Shown here: piece by piece, positions 1-8,685 of the stretch | How positions within the stretch are numbered: position 1 is the stretch's first letter | Layout of the letters: every line of letters begins with the position of its first letter | DNA from: a virus | Lineage: Duplodnaviria; Caudoviricetes | Reading direction: 5' to 3' (one strand) | Virus record (IMG/VR): IMGVR_UViG_2850949226_000003 | Coordinates: 1 to 64,000 of that record | DNA length: 64,000 nucleotides | Program-made: the position numbers and the translations under genes | Notes under the pieces: model-generated | Seen by the model: the letters and a program-made list of their open reading frames with translations, nothing else | Told to the model about the DNA's origin: nothing | Database searches by the model: none

Positions 1-1593
1 TTAAATCATTTTGAATTTTTGATCGATGATAACTTTTTTGTCCTCAACTCTAACCTCATTAATCCATTCGTGAAAGACTTCCCTAGTTCGGGAAATATCA
101 CTTAAATTAAGTTCGAGAAACTCATCGAATTTGGCTTTTAAATCATCTTTTGTCATAATTTCTTCTGCAAATTTCAATTCATCCATCAATTCGTCTTTTT
201 GCTTTCTAAGCCTTACGATTTCTTCTTTCAGTTTTAGGTTTAAGTCTCTGAAAGTCTGATCATCATACAAGTCTTTATTTTCTAACAATGTAAGAGATTT
301 GTTTGTATTCTTTTCAATCTCTCTGTCTATTACTTTGATTTGAGAGTTAATTTCTTCGTTCGGGTTGTATGTGGAGTACCCTTCTAAGAAATACTCGTCA
401 TTTTTAACTTTCTCTATTTGTTGAGATATCTGCTTGTGAATGTAATCTTCCAATTCATCAGCATTTATATTGGCTTGAGGACAAACGTCTCTGCCTTTTT
501 GGTGATAAGTCGAACAGACATAGTATCTGTACGTAACTTTAGTTCCGTCTGCTTTTTTGTTGGTTCGCTTTTGACAGATCATCGGAGCGCCGCACAAACT
601 GCATTTGAGTAAGCCAGTTAATGGGTGTTTTGCGTTGTTAAAACGCCGTCCTTTGTTGAAGGCTTTCTCTTTTTGTTTTATTAGGCGTTGCGCTTTCATA
701 AAAACCTCCCTTTCTATGATGGGTGGATGAGCGTCTTCGCAAATTGCCCAATCTTCTTTATCGACATTTATGACCTTTTGAATCTTTCTTAAACCATCAT
801 CTGAATCAATATAATTGTACCTTGTTTTTCCGTAAACTATAACCCCTATGTAAGCAGGATTCATCAATATCCTTTTAATTGTAATATCTCCAATTTTATT
901 CCCGTATTGAGTTTTAATGCCCTGGGAATTAACCCAATTAACAATTTTCTTTCTCCCAAATCCTTGGTTAACATACATATCGAATATCTTTCTGATTATA
1001 TCAGCTTTTTCAGGATGAGGGAATAAAGTTTGGGGATGAACACCTTTTGAAATTAACTCTTCTTTTTTCGCTTTATCGGTTATGTCTTTGACCTTGATGT
1101 ACCCAAAAGGTGGTACAGAACCAGCCCACAAACCATTTCTGGATTTCTGTTTATTCCCTAAAGAAACCCTTATGGACGTCTTTCTGGATTCGGCTTCCGC
1201 AAGGACAGCGTACATTTGAAAGAATGTGGGATCACTAACATCAGAATCGTAATTTTCCTCGATAGAGATAACCCGAACACCTTTTTGAATTAAACGTTTG
1301 GATGTTTGGATTGCTTCTCCGCTGTCGCGCGCAAAACGGGATATACCTTTGAAAAACACAATATCAATTAGTCCAGAATCAATATCTTCAAGAAGCTGTT
1401 TCATAGGGGGGCGTTGCAAGAGAGTTGTTTTGTATCCTGATTCTCCGTCATCTGGATAAATAAATTTTTCGTCAAAAGAAACATTGAACTCCAATCTCTT
1501 CGCGTATTCTTGGATCATTTGTACTTGGTGCTTAACTGTATCTCCCTGTTTGGTTTGTCCTAAAGAACTCCTGGCATAAATTCCTCCTATCAT
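1..1593 (-). CDS. Large serine recombinase (phage integrase)
   Basis: YARSS catalytic motif, DDGESG, ISRFAR, recombinase domain, zinc ribbon LTGLLKCSLCG...YYVC and C-terminal coiled coil. Confidence 0.95.
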   Translation of the reverse strand: MIGGIYARSSLGQTKQGDTVKHQVQMIQEYAKRLEFNVSFDEKFIYPDDGESGYKTTLLQRPPMKQLLEDIDSGLIDIVFFKGISRFARDSGEAIQTSKRLIQKGVRVISIEENYDSDVSDPTFFQMYAVLAEAESRKTSIRVSLGNKQKSRNGLWAGSVPPFGYIKVKDITDKAKKEELISKGVHPQTLFPHPEKADIIRKIFDMYVNQGFGRKKIVNWVNSQGIKTQYGNKIGDITIKRILMNPAYIGVIVYGKTRYNYIDSDDGLRKIQKVINVDKEDWAICEDAHPPIIEREVFMKAQRLIKQKEKAFNKGRRFNNAKHPLTGLLKCSLCGAPMICQKRTNKKADGTKVTYRYYVCSTYHQKGRDVCPQANINADELEDYIHKQISQQIEKVKNDEYFLEGYSTYNPNEEINSQIKVIDREIEKNTNKSLTLLENKDLYDDQTFRDLNLKLKEEIVRLRKQKDELMDELKFAEEIMTKDDLKAKFDEFLELNLSDISRTREVFHEWINEVRVEDKKVIIDQKFKMI

Positions 1594-1723
1594 GAATTCA
1601 CCTCTTAATAGTTAATTTGAACACATTTTATATACCCATTGTATTAACAAATTAAACAAGCGGATTTTCATTCACTGTATTTTCAGAATTGCAAAGCTTG
1701 TATATCACATTTTAAATAAGAAA

Positions 1724-1749
1724 CCACCTTTGGTCAATCCAAAAGTGGC
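1724..1749. terminator. Hairpin downstream of the 62-aa ORF
   Basis: CCACCTTTGG-TCAAT-CCAAAAGTGG imperfect stem. Confidence 0.5.
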
Positions 1750-1763
1750 TCTGTAATAACAAA

Positions 1764-1952
1764 TTAACAATAGGGGTTGGGTTTTCTTGTGTCCGGCTCA
1801 TTTTTGCTTTTTGTTCCATTTAAACCTAGATACGGATATCCTTTCTCATCGTTGATGTACCTTACGAATTGGCGTTTAAGTATATCCCTGATGTCTTCTT
1901 CCCCTTTGCCGACAAATTCGCATTCTTCAAACATGGTACGCTTCTTACGCAA
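1764..1952 (-). CDS. Small protein, candidate recombination directionality factor
   Basis: RBS AAGGGGGA then TTG at 1952; 62 aa; directly upstream of and co-oriented with the integrase. Function is inferred from position only. Confidence 0.45.
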   Translation of the reverse strand: MRKKRTMFEECEFVGKGEEDIRDILKRQFVRYINDEKGYPYLGLNGTKSKNEPDTRKPNPYC

Positions 1953-2073
1953 ATCCGACTCCCCCTTCAATCAAATCTTATGCACGGTTGTTTTGAAAAA
2001 GAACAAGCTGGTTTTGGTAAGGAAAATGATACCACGAAAAAAGGAACAAAACAAGAACGTATGTTCCCTTTCT

Positions 2074-2958
2074 TCATAATGAACGATGGAATTTTTCGAA
2101 TTTTTTGTGCAATACTAGGTCTAAATCAGCATAATTTTGTGTGGTCGTGTTTATGTTGGCGTGACCTAAGTATTGTGAAACATATTCAATAGGCATTTCG
2201 TTTTCGAGAAGGTGGGTTGTAACGGATTTACGGAAAATATGAGTGGTAACACCATCAATATCTGCCGCTTTAGAAACTTCTTTGATAATCTGATCGATTC
2301 TTCTTTCGGTGAATGGCTTTTTTGTTTTTAAGCTCGCGAAGATATACTCGGTTTTAAATGGTCGCTCATTTATCATTCTTTTTATAACTTCAAATGTCTC
2401 TTTGGTTAAAATGACATACCGAACCTTGGACATGCCACCTTTCCCTTTTCCTGCGACCTTCAGAATTATGCGGTTAGGGAAAATTTCAATATCGGATAAC
2501 TTTGCATTAACTAATTCCGATACGCGCATACCTGTATCGTAGAACGTTCTAATGATCGCTTCTTTCAAGGTATCTTCACGGGAAACGAGCAACATACTCC
2601 TTAGTTGTTCTAAGGTTAACGATTTAGCTTTTTTTCGTTGGATGACTGGAAGGTATTCGTTCAACTCTCCGCTATCGAGAAATGGCATTTTACTAATATA
2701 ACCTTTACGGTGAAGAAAGGTTAACCAACCATAAATCGCTGTCATGTGAGCATGAATTGATTTGGGGGCATATGTCTGTTTGAGAAAGTCGATATAATCA
2801 AGATATACCTCTTGATTCAATTCGAAAGGATCGACAGCTAAATTGTTATTGGTTGTCCAATCAATGAATTTCCCGATATGAAGTTCGTAATTGCGGAGTG
2901 TATACGGGGATTTATTTCTGGCTAAATGGGAGATATACTCATCTAATTTTTTGTACAC
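2074..2958 (-). CDS. XerC/D-like tyrosine recombinase
   Basis: Full catalytic set visible: TGMRVSE (R), GKGK (K), HIFR (HxxR), LGH (H), TTQNY (Y); N-terminal SAM-like domain. Confidence 0.93.
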   Translation of the reverse strand: MYKKLDEYISHLARNKSPYTLRNYELHIGKFIDWTTNNNLAVDPFELNQEVYLDYIDFLKQTYAPKSIHAHMTAIYGWLTFLHRKGYISKMPFLDSGELNEYLPVIQRKKAKSLTLEQLRSMLLVSREDTLKEAIIRTFYDTGMRVSELVNAKLSDIEIFPNRIILKVAGKGKGGMSKVRYVILTKETFEVIKRMINERPFKTEYIFASLKTKKPFTERRIDQIIKEVSKAADIDGVTTHIFRKSVTTHLLENEMPIEYVSQYLGHANINTTTQNYADLDLVLHKKFEKFHRSL

Positions 2959-2971
2959 AAGATCAACTCCC

Positions 2972-3253
2972 TTATTTCGCTTTAAATCTTATTTCGTGAT
3001 CCAATATCTTTTTCGCTAAATGACTAATAGGCTTAATTTCATGCTCGTTCATGCCTACACCTTTATCAACGGTAGTCAATTTTATCACCGTTTTTCTATA
3101 TTTCTTAGACATGTCTCTAGCCTTTCTAAGTTTTATCAGTCGTTTATATCTTCTCCTTCTTTCCCTAATAATAATTCTGTCTAACCCGTTAATTTCAAAC
3201 CACCTCCGGGTATATTGTAGATTCATTATAACTGTTTTTATAACCAAATTCAA
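2972..3253 (-). CDS. Basic hypothetical protein (start uncertain)
   Basis: ORF co-oriented with neighbours; no clear motif. Confidence 0.4.
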   Translation of the reverse strand: MNLVIKTVIMNLQYTRRWFEINGLDRIIIRERRRRYKRLIKLRKARDMSKKYRKTVIKLTTVDKGVGMNEHEIKPISHLAKKILDHEIRFKAK

Positions 3254-3414
3254 GTTGGTAGGGAGGGGTTAGTTATGGAGCGATTAACAATGAGGACTTG
3301 ATTTGAAAGTTTGTTTCTGAAGGTAAGCGACGTAACTTCGATTTGTTTTTCTGTTGTCCCTGTGTGGCTACAGCCTCTTAAAAATTCAAGAGGGGATGAA
3401 ACCCCTCTCTTTTT

Positions 3415-3597
3415 TTAAATGCGGCGGTTATTGCCAGAAGACTTCAGCATGTCTAAGGCAAACCTATAGTCATCTTCGGCTTGTTTAAGTAATTTCTTGG
3501 CTGTCTCGTTGTTCGGATTGATTTCGTAAGCCTGTCTGATCAATTCCAAGTTCTTTTTCTTTTCTTCGTAATTCTCCTTGGCGTCATAAGGTTTCAA
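3415..3597 (-). CDS. Hypothetical protein
   Basis: 60-aa helical ORF coupled to the upstream gene and followed by the hairpin GAGGGG-ATGAAA-CCCCTC. Confidence 0.6.
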   Translation of the reverse strand: MKPYDAKENYEEKKKNLELIRQAYEINPNNETAKKLLKQAEDDYRFALDMLKSSGNNRRI

Positions 3598-3601
3598 ATC
3601 A

Positions 3602-3922
3602 TCACCACACTCCGGGTATTTTCAACTCCTTGAACTTTACAGGATCAAAATAAAGATCGCGTTCAATCATTGGGAAGCTGTTAGTTTTATTATAATCCTC
3701 AAACTCCTGAATTGAAAATGTTCCCCATTCACTAAGCATCGGATCAGAAAGATTATCAACATAACCATAGGCCATTTTGGTTTTGGCGTCGTATTCAGTC
3801 ATGTACCAAGTAAAAACTCCTGCGAAGTATTTGGCCGTAACCATCTTTTCGCCGAGCGGTGTTTCTTCAGTTTCATAAAGTCCGGGAGTGTTTTCAATTA
3901 TTGATTTAGTGATTAATTCCAT
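3602..3922 (-). CDS. DUF2958-like protein
   Basis: KYF..FTWY.TEYD...AYGYV...EWGTFS..E...IERDLYF.P pattern; RBS AAGGAGG. Confidence 0.75.
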   Translation of the reverse strand: MELITKSIIENTPGLYETEETPLGEKMVTAKYFAGVFTWYMTEYDAKTKMAYGYVDNLSDPMLSEWGTFSIQEFEDYNKTNSFPMIERDLYFDPVKFKELKIPGVW

Positions 3923-4014
3923 TGTGTTCCTCCTTAATTGATTAATTCACGCCATTAACTGTTTTGGCTCTAAATTCAAACTCAAAAAACAAACTGATAT
4001 TTTCTCGCGACAAA

Positions 4015-4161
4015 TCAATCCAACTCCTTCACTTCCAAAAATCTGTCCGAATAGGCTCTCCGTGCGAATTCCTCTGCTTCAACTTTTGAATCAGCAACGA
4101 CAAGAATTCGAGATAGAGGCCCGAAACTCTTACGATCTTTGATAATAGCTTCATATTGCAA
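4015..4161 (-). CDS. Small hypothetical protein (48 aa, not in the ORF track)
   Basis: RBS GGAGGTGG, TTG start, MQYEAIIKDRKSFGPLSRILVVADSKVEAEEFARRAYSDRFLEVKELD. Confidence 0.65.
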   Translation of the reverse strand: MQYEAIIKDRKSFGPLSRILVVADSKVEAEEFARRAYSDRFLEVKELD

Positions 4162-4277
4162 TTAACCACCTCCTTATTCATTTGTCAGTTTTTATATAAC
4201 CGTAGGCTAACTATGTTAAACCTGATTTTTTGAAAAAAGTTATAAAGATTTAAGGGGGTACTCATAACCCTTTCAAT

Positions 4278-4306
4278 TTGAATAAAGTTATAGCGAAAGT
4301 TATGAT
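4278..4306 (+). promoter_or_regulatory. sigA-type promoter
   Basis: TTGAAT-17 bp-TATGAT upstream of the 4340 ORF. Confidence 0.65.
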
Positions 4307-4339
4307 AAAATCACGAAAGGAATTACGGAGTGATGTAGG

Positions 4340-4750
4340 GTGGAAACGAACAACTTTGGTGCATTGGATTATAAAGAATTCCAGGCACAAATGGACTTGG
4401 CGGGGGAACTGGCCTACAAAGAGAATTACGAGTCTGAAAAATACACTAGGACAGCATTTGAAGTCGAAGAGTACATGTTGTCAAACATGGAAGGTCAGCA
4501 GTTCAAATTAATGAGATACATCATTTACAAATGCTATAGAAGCCCCTCGTTTAATTCCTTATGGATGAAGGAAACGGTCGGGGAAATAGCCAGTAATCTA
4601 AAAATGGACCCGAAAACAGTGAAAAGACACCTACAGAAATTTGAAGATGCAAAAATTATCAAAAGGTACAAAAGGCATCCAAGGGATAAACAACACATCG
4701 TTTTAATGGCGACAAAATTTTGGGAGCCATTGAGCACCCCCTCAAAATAA
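4340..4750 (+). CDS. Winged-helix DNA-binding protein, putative replication initiator
   Basis: ETVGEIASNLKMDPKTVKRHLQKFEDAKII HTH; iteron-like repeats start at its 3' end. Confidence 0.65.
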   Translation: METNNFGALDYKEFQAQMDLAGELAYKENYESEKYTRTAFEVEEYMLSNMEGQQFKLMRYIIYKCYRSPSFNSLWMKETVGEIASNLKMDPKTVKRHLQKFEDAKIIKRYKRHPRDKQHIVLMATKFWEPLSTPSK

Positions 4751-4855
4751 CTGTGAAAGGGTAACAGTTACCCCCTCAAATCAATTTTGGCAGGGTAATG
4801 ATTACCCCCACCTATATATTAACTATTATTAAAGTATTAATTATTTATATAAAAC
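4725..4855. other. Putative replication origin (iterons plus AT-rich tract)
   Basis: GGGTAA-N3-TTACCC palindromes at 4759-4773 and 4793-4807, ACCCCC(T/A)C at 34-bp period, then an almost pure A/T tract at 4812-4853. Confidence 0.55.
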
Positions 4856-4885
4856 CGAGCGAATAGCTCAAATAGAGGGACAAGG

Positions 4886-5036
4886 ATGAATTGCTTACAC
4901 GAAAAGACTAAGGTCATCAATGTTGTGGTAATTGCAGGGGTAAATAAATAGGCGGTGTGAGGTATGTGAAAAATGCGAAATGATTATAGACTCGCAAGAT
5001 TACGACGTACAAAAGCCTTGGCCAACAGAGGGGTAA
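4886..5036 (+). pseudogene. Small Zn-binding protein disrupted by a 4-bp duplication
   Basis: MNCLHEK...AGVN then GTAAATAAATAGG; removing one AAAT restores RRCEVCEKCEMIIDSQDYDVQKPWPTEG. Confidence 0.55.
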
Positions 5037-5210
5037 GGGTGATTTTCAACCCTTGGTTTTCTGTCTGATCGAGGCGGCTCCAAAGTTACAAATCAACAAA
5101 TTCGTATTGGATACCATATAACCAAAATAATGGACTTTGGTTAACAACAGATATGAACGGGTGATATAAACGAAGGGGTATCTAACTTCTTTCTGAAACT
5201 GAACATTTCG

Positions 5211-5501
5211 GAGGATACCCGTTTTTCAGAATCACAGTTTTTTGGGGGAGAAGGGGTTTTTCAAACCGGGGATATCTGTAAACCATACCCGAAAATCAAA
5301 ATTTCATTTTCCATACTTTTTCTTTTCGTACATTTTCAAGATTGAATCTTGCCAGGAGGATACCTGAATTTCAAGATGTCGAAATCAGAAACCTTATAGA
5401 GGAGCTTCGAGATGTCATCTTTTTGAGTTGCAAAAACCATAGGAGATTTTCAAAATCTCAAATGTATTATTTCGCGAACCATAGGCGAATTTCAAGATTT
5501 C
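5211..5501 (+). repeat. Degenerate ~25-bp direct-repeat array (about 8 copies)
   Basis: Copies at 5211, 5246, 5281, 5321, 5356, 5392, 5435, 5477; core ATA-N3-GA-N-TTTCAARAT-N-TC. Confidence 0.6.
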
Positions 5502-5543
5502 ATCCAACCGTAGGCAAAAGCCAAAACCAATAATTTCAGGAGG

Positions 5544-5990
5544 TTGAGCTGTTTGAAAAAATGGGAAGAGGTTGAATGCGGTGAAATTCAAGGATTTGAA
5601 GGTTATGAATTCAGCGAGAAACTCTCTAATGGCCAAATTGCCGCTGTGTACTTCCAAAGAGTTGACGTTGATTGTTATAACTGTGCATTCTGCATCATGG
5701 ATAACATTGAGCAATGTGAAAAATGGTGCTCGGGAGATACTGAATTTCATAAAATAAACGGTAGGTGCGGACTTGAGGGTCTTGTTAGGGCATATAGATT
5801 AATTCGTTGGTTTATTGAAAATAGGCTTCCTTCAGGTTATAAGTTATATGTTCATGGGGAAGGGAAGAGAGGAAGGGCATATAGGTATCTCATGAGATTG
5901 GGATTTAAGATTGACTTCGAAACACAACAAGAGATAAGTTATGTTTTCAAGAAGGATAATGATCTCGATGAATTAAACTTTGCATGGTGA
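5544..5990 (+). CDS. Hypothetical protein, possibly GNAT-like fold
   Basis: RBS AGGAGG (start probably TTG 5553); C-terminal RGRAYRYLMRLGF resembles a GNAT motif B. Confidence 0.55.
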   Translation: MSCLKKWEEVECGEIQGFEGYEFSEKLSNGQIAAVYFQRVDVDCYNCAFCIMDNIEQCEKWCSGDTEFHKINGRCGLEGLVRAYRLIRWFIENRLPSGYKLYVHGEGKRGRAYRYLMRLGFKIDFETQQEISYVFKKDNDLDELNFAW

Positions 5991-6090
5991 ATTGATTATT
6001 CTAAATCCGTAAAGGAATTAAATCAAAACGACAGAAACCATTGGATTATTTCGTATTCGTTGAGAAGCGGGGGCCTTTTTTTGCTAAGGA

Positions 6091-6240
6091 AGCGCCGCGG
6101 CCGGATAAAAGCAATTTTTGAAGCACGCTGTTATTATATACGAATTCTTTCCACCAACTTACTCATAGTAACACCACTCGCACGCCCGCGGCGCCCCTTT
6201 AGCGATTTTTGAGGTCGGCTGTTAATAATATATAACTTTT
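6091..6240. repeat. Two imperfect ~55-bp direct repeats
   Basis: CCGCGG...AGC(A/G)ATTTTTGA(A/G)G...GCTGTTA.TA.ATA at about 6095 and 6186. Confidence 0.55.
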
Positions 6241-6679
6241 CGCAGTAATAACCTCATCGAAGTTAGAACGAAAATTAAAATTAACTTTTATATACCGCTG
6301 TTTCTTTAATCTGAAAATCGTTTTTTAAAGCATATATATGCCTTTATAAGAGGTTTTTTATCACCTTAACCCTTTTGCCCTTTGGTACACTTCCGAACCT
6401 TTAAAACGCCTTTAAATGACTTTTAAGGTCGTAACTCATTTTTTAGGATAGGAGGGAACCAGATTTAAAGGATAATCAATTTAATCATTGTGTTTTTTGG
6501 CCTTTTTAGCCTTGTGAGAAGCTTTTTCTTCTCCTTAGTGTAAAACCATTCGGAATAATTAAAACGCGTGTACGGGAGTGATAGAACTTTTAAAATCGAT
6601 TCGTGAATTTCTTTTGATGACCGCAATAATACCATTAATAAAAAATGCAAAAACGCGCCCAACAATGGACGCGCGTCAA

Positions 6680-6781
6680 TTATTTTTTTCTAATATCAAC
6701 TTTTGGACGATCTTTTATTAAATCAACTTTTTCTTGTTTCTTTTTGAGGTTTACAAAAGGCTTTTTCTTTAGATCAATCAT
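6680..6781 (-). CDS. 33-aa basic peptide with four (I/V)(D/N)(L/I)xK repeats (not in the ORF track)
   Basis: RBS GGAGGG and ATG; IDL.K, VNLKK, VDLIK, VDIRK. Confidence 0.55.
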   Translation of the reverse strand: MIDLKKKPFVNLKKKQEKVDLIKDRPKVDIRKK

Positions 6782-6794
6782 AATAAAAACCCTC

Positions 6795-7295
6795 CTATAA
6801 CTGTTTTTCGCTTTTAATCGGTTTTGCACTTATAAACTCGCCGTATTCGTTACTTACAATACTGATCCTATCGCCTTTTTTGATGTCGGCTTGCTTAACT
6901 TCATCAGGGTATAAAAAGTATTCAGAGCTATCAGTTGTACTGACAAAAATATAATTTCCGTCTTTATCGATTCTCTGAAATTCGTAATAATCAAAATGAT
7001 TGAATCGTGAATCTGTGCCGGCCTCGGTTTCCTTGTATATTTCTTTTTCCGTTTTTCCTTCTGTGTCATATCTGAAAAGGATGTCTTTGATATCTTCGGT
7101 TTCTTTATAATTAAAAGTTTCTTTGTTTAACGCCTTTCCTAATAACTTTTCCCTATAATCAATTTCGCCATTTTGATCAAGTGTAATTTGTTCGTATACG
7201 TCCGCGGCTTCTTTCCATTCATGCGCCTGATAAGCAAAATAAACAGCCCCAAGAGATAGTAAACCCATCAAAACACCGATAACAATTTTTTTCAT
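6795..7295 (-). CDS. Membrane-anchored or secreted hypothetical protein
   Basis: N-terminal MKK plus hydrophobic helix; RBS AAAGGGA. Confidence 0.75.
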   Translation of the reverse strand: MKKIVIGVLMGLLSLGAVYFAYQAHEWKEAADVYEQITLDQNGEIDYREKLLGKALNKETFNYKETEDIKDILFRYDTEGKTEKEIYKETEAGTDSRFNHFDYYEFQRIDKDGNYIFVSTTDSSEYFLYPDEVKQADIKKGDRISIVSNEYGEFISAKPIKSEKQL

Positions 7296-7322
7296 GTTAT
7301 AACATCCCTTTCATTTTTTATA

Positions 7323-7562
7323 TCAACCAAAATTTTCGATCAAATGAGAGATAGCGAAGTCATCTATTTTCTCTAAATAATCGTAATTACCGCCGCTAGA
7401 TACGAATTTAGGGTATTTCTTGACAAACTCCCTTGCCATCTCCGGAATAAAATCGTTTATGAAAACTCTTGAATCTTCAATAGAAATTTCATTTTTCGCA
7501 ATCAAATAACCCGCATTCAAAGCGATATCTTTTTCAATTTCTTGTACGTTGTAAATTTTCAT
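7323..7562 (-). CDS. Hypothetical early protein
   Basis: RBS AAGGGGG before MKIYNVQEIEK; start shortened relative to the track. Confidence 0.7.
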   Translation of the reverse strand: MKIYNVQEIEKDIALNAGYLIAKNEISIEDSRVFINDFIPEMAREFVKKYPKFVSSGGNYDYLEKIDDFAISHLIENFG

Positions 7563-7573
7563 GTCAAACCCCC

Positions 7574-8077
7574 TTAACCATTGCACAATCCGGCGGCAAT
7601 TAATGCGCGGGCTGTTCTTCCGTAATTTCCTTGTAGCTTCCAAACAGAACCGGATTTTATAAGCTCCTGAAATCCTTCTATTATCTCTTTATCGGATAGC
7701 TTTCCGCCTTCGTAATCAATGATGAATTGAACCTCATCAAACGGCTTTTCATCCATTTCTGGACCTTCTAAAACAAAACCGATTGAAGGACCATAACGAA
7801 AATAAAAACGTTGATCATGTCCTACTAAGTCCAAAAGAGTGTTCATGCTGTCCCTATCGCTTGCAGATTCGCCATAATAATCTTTAATGATCTTTTTTGA
7901 TGTGTCATAAACTAATGTCGTCGTTCCGTAGTGTCTCAAAATCAAATCTTTGCCGTTTAACAGGAACATTTCATAAACTTTTATGCCGTCCCTTGTCAGC
8001 CAAGCTTCGTTTTTTCCGTCCATAACCTTTTGATACATCTTTTCAATGATTCCTATTGTTTTTCCGTTCCGCGACAT
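7574..8077 (-). CDS. Hypothetical early protein (two-domain)
   Basis: RBS AAGGGGGG before MSRNGK; C-terminal FQELIKSG.VWKLQGNYGRTA motif typical of phage early proteins. Confidence 0.75.
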   Translation of the reverse strand: MSRNGKTIGIIEKMYQKVMDGKNEAWLTRDGIKVYEMFLLNGKDLILRHYGTTTLVYDTSKKIIKDYYGESASDRDSMNTLLDLVGHDQRFYFRYGPSIGFVLEGPEMDEKPFDEVQFIIDYEGGKLSDKEIIEGFQELIKSGSVWKLQGNYGRTARALIAAGLCNG

Positions 8078-8078
8078 A

Positions 8079-8369
8079 TTAAAACCCCCCTTCATATAGT
8101 TTTCTTGTTGTCTCTTCAAAACTAAACCAGGCATACCAGTTTTTCAGATCGCCAGTATGATGCAGTTTTTCGCCTGTCATTTCTTCAAATTTTTTAACAA
8201 GCTCCATTATTTCGCGATAAAATTTATCAAACCATTTGTGAGTGTCTACATAGTAAACTAAATTCGGTACACATCCAGAAACACAGCCGTAGGTTAAAAC
8301 ATCCGCGGCGAATTTTCTGCCGCCGTTTTCTTCGATAATTTCCGTAACATGTTTTTCTAGTTTGTTCAT
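8079..8369 (-). CDS. Hypothetical early protein
   Basis: GCVSG.VP.LVYY.DT..WFD motif; RBS AGAAAGGA. Confidence 0.75.
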   Translation of the reverse strand: MNKLEKHVTEIIEENGGRKFAADVLTYGCVSGCVPNLVYYVDTHKWFDKFYREIMELVKKFEEMTGEKLHHTGDLKNWYAWFSFEETTRKLYEGGF

Positions 8370-8391
8370 TCTGATAACATCCTTTCTATTG

Positions 8392-8451
8392 ATTTTTGAA
8401 GCTTATCAGCTCCATTAACGGCTATAACTGAACGTTATAACCGTTTAGCAA
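8392..8451 (-). repeat. Intergenic two-hairpin motif, copy 1
   Basis: Minus strand TTGCTAA-[ACGGTTATAAC/GTTATAGCCGT stem]-TAATGGAGCT-GAT-AAGCTT-CAAAAAT. Confidence 0.7.
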
Positions 8452-8470
8452 ATGATAATCACTAAAAAAG

Positions 8471-8671
8471 TTAATTCATGATTTTTAAAGCCTGTTTCGC
8501 AATGTTGAAAAAGGTATCATCGTATGACTTTCTCAAAATCATTTCTAAAACGCCTTTTTCATTTTCTTCAATCGCTGAATAAAGCATTTCTTTGAGTGTT
8601 GAAAAATATTGACCGTCATACTCCAGTTCCTCTAGTGAGTTTACAGCTAGTAAAAGATTTTCTTTATTCAT
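8471..8671 (-). CDS. Hypothetical early protein
   Basis: 66 aa, RBS AGGAGGG, flanked by the two motif copies. Confidence 0.7.
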   Translation of the reverse strand: MNKENLLLAVNSLEELEYDGQYFSTLKEMLYSAIEENEKGVLEMILRKSYDDTFFNIAKQALKIMN

Positions 8672-8685
8672 GTTTAAACCCTCCT

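Noticed and set aside
2074-2958. Catalytically dead MrpR-like repressor
   Set aside because: All catalytic residues, including the Tyr, are present.
5211-5501. CRISPR array
   Set aside because: Repeats are too degenerate and non-palindromic, gaps are only 10-18 bp, and there is no cas operon.
8392-8451. Hammerhead ribozyme
   Set aside because: CUGAUAA is not the CUGANGA core, there is no properly placed GAAA, and copy 2 lacks it.
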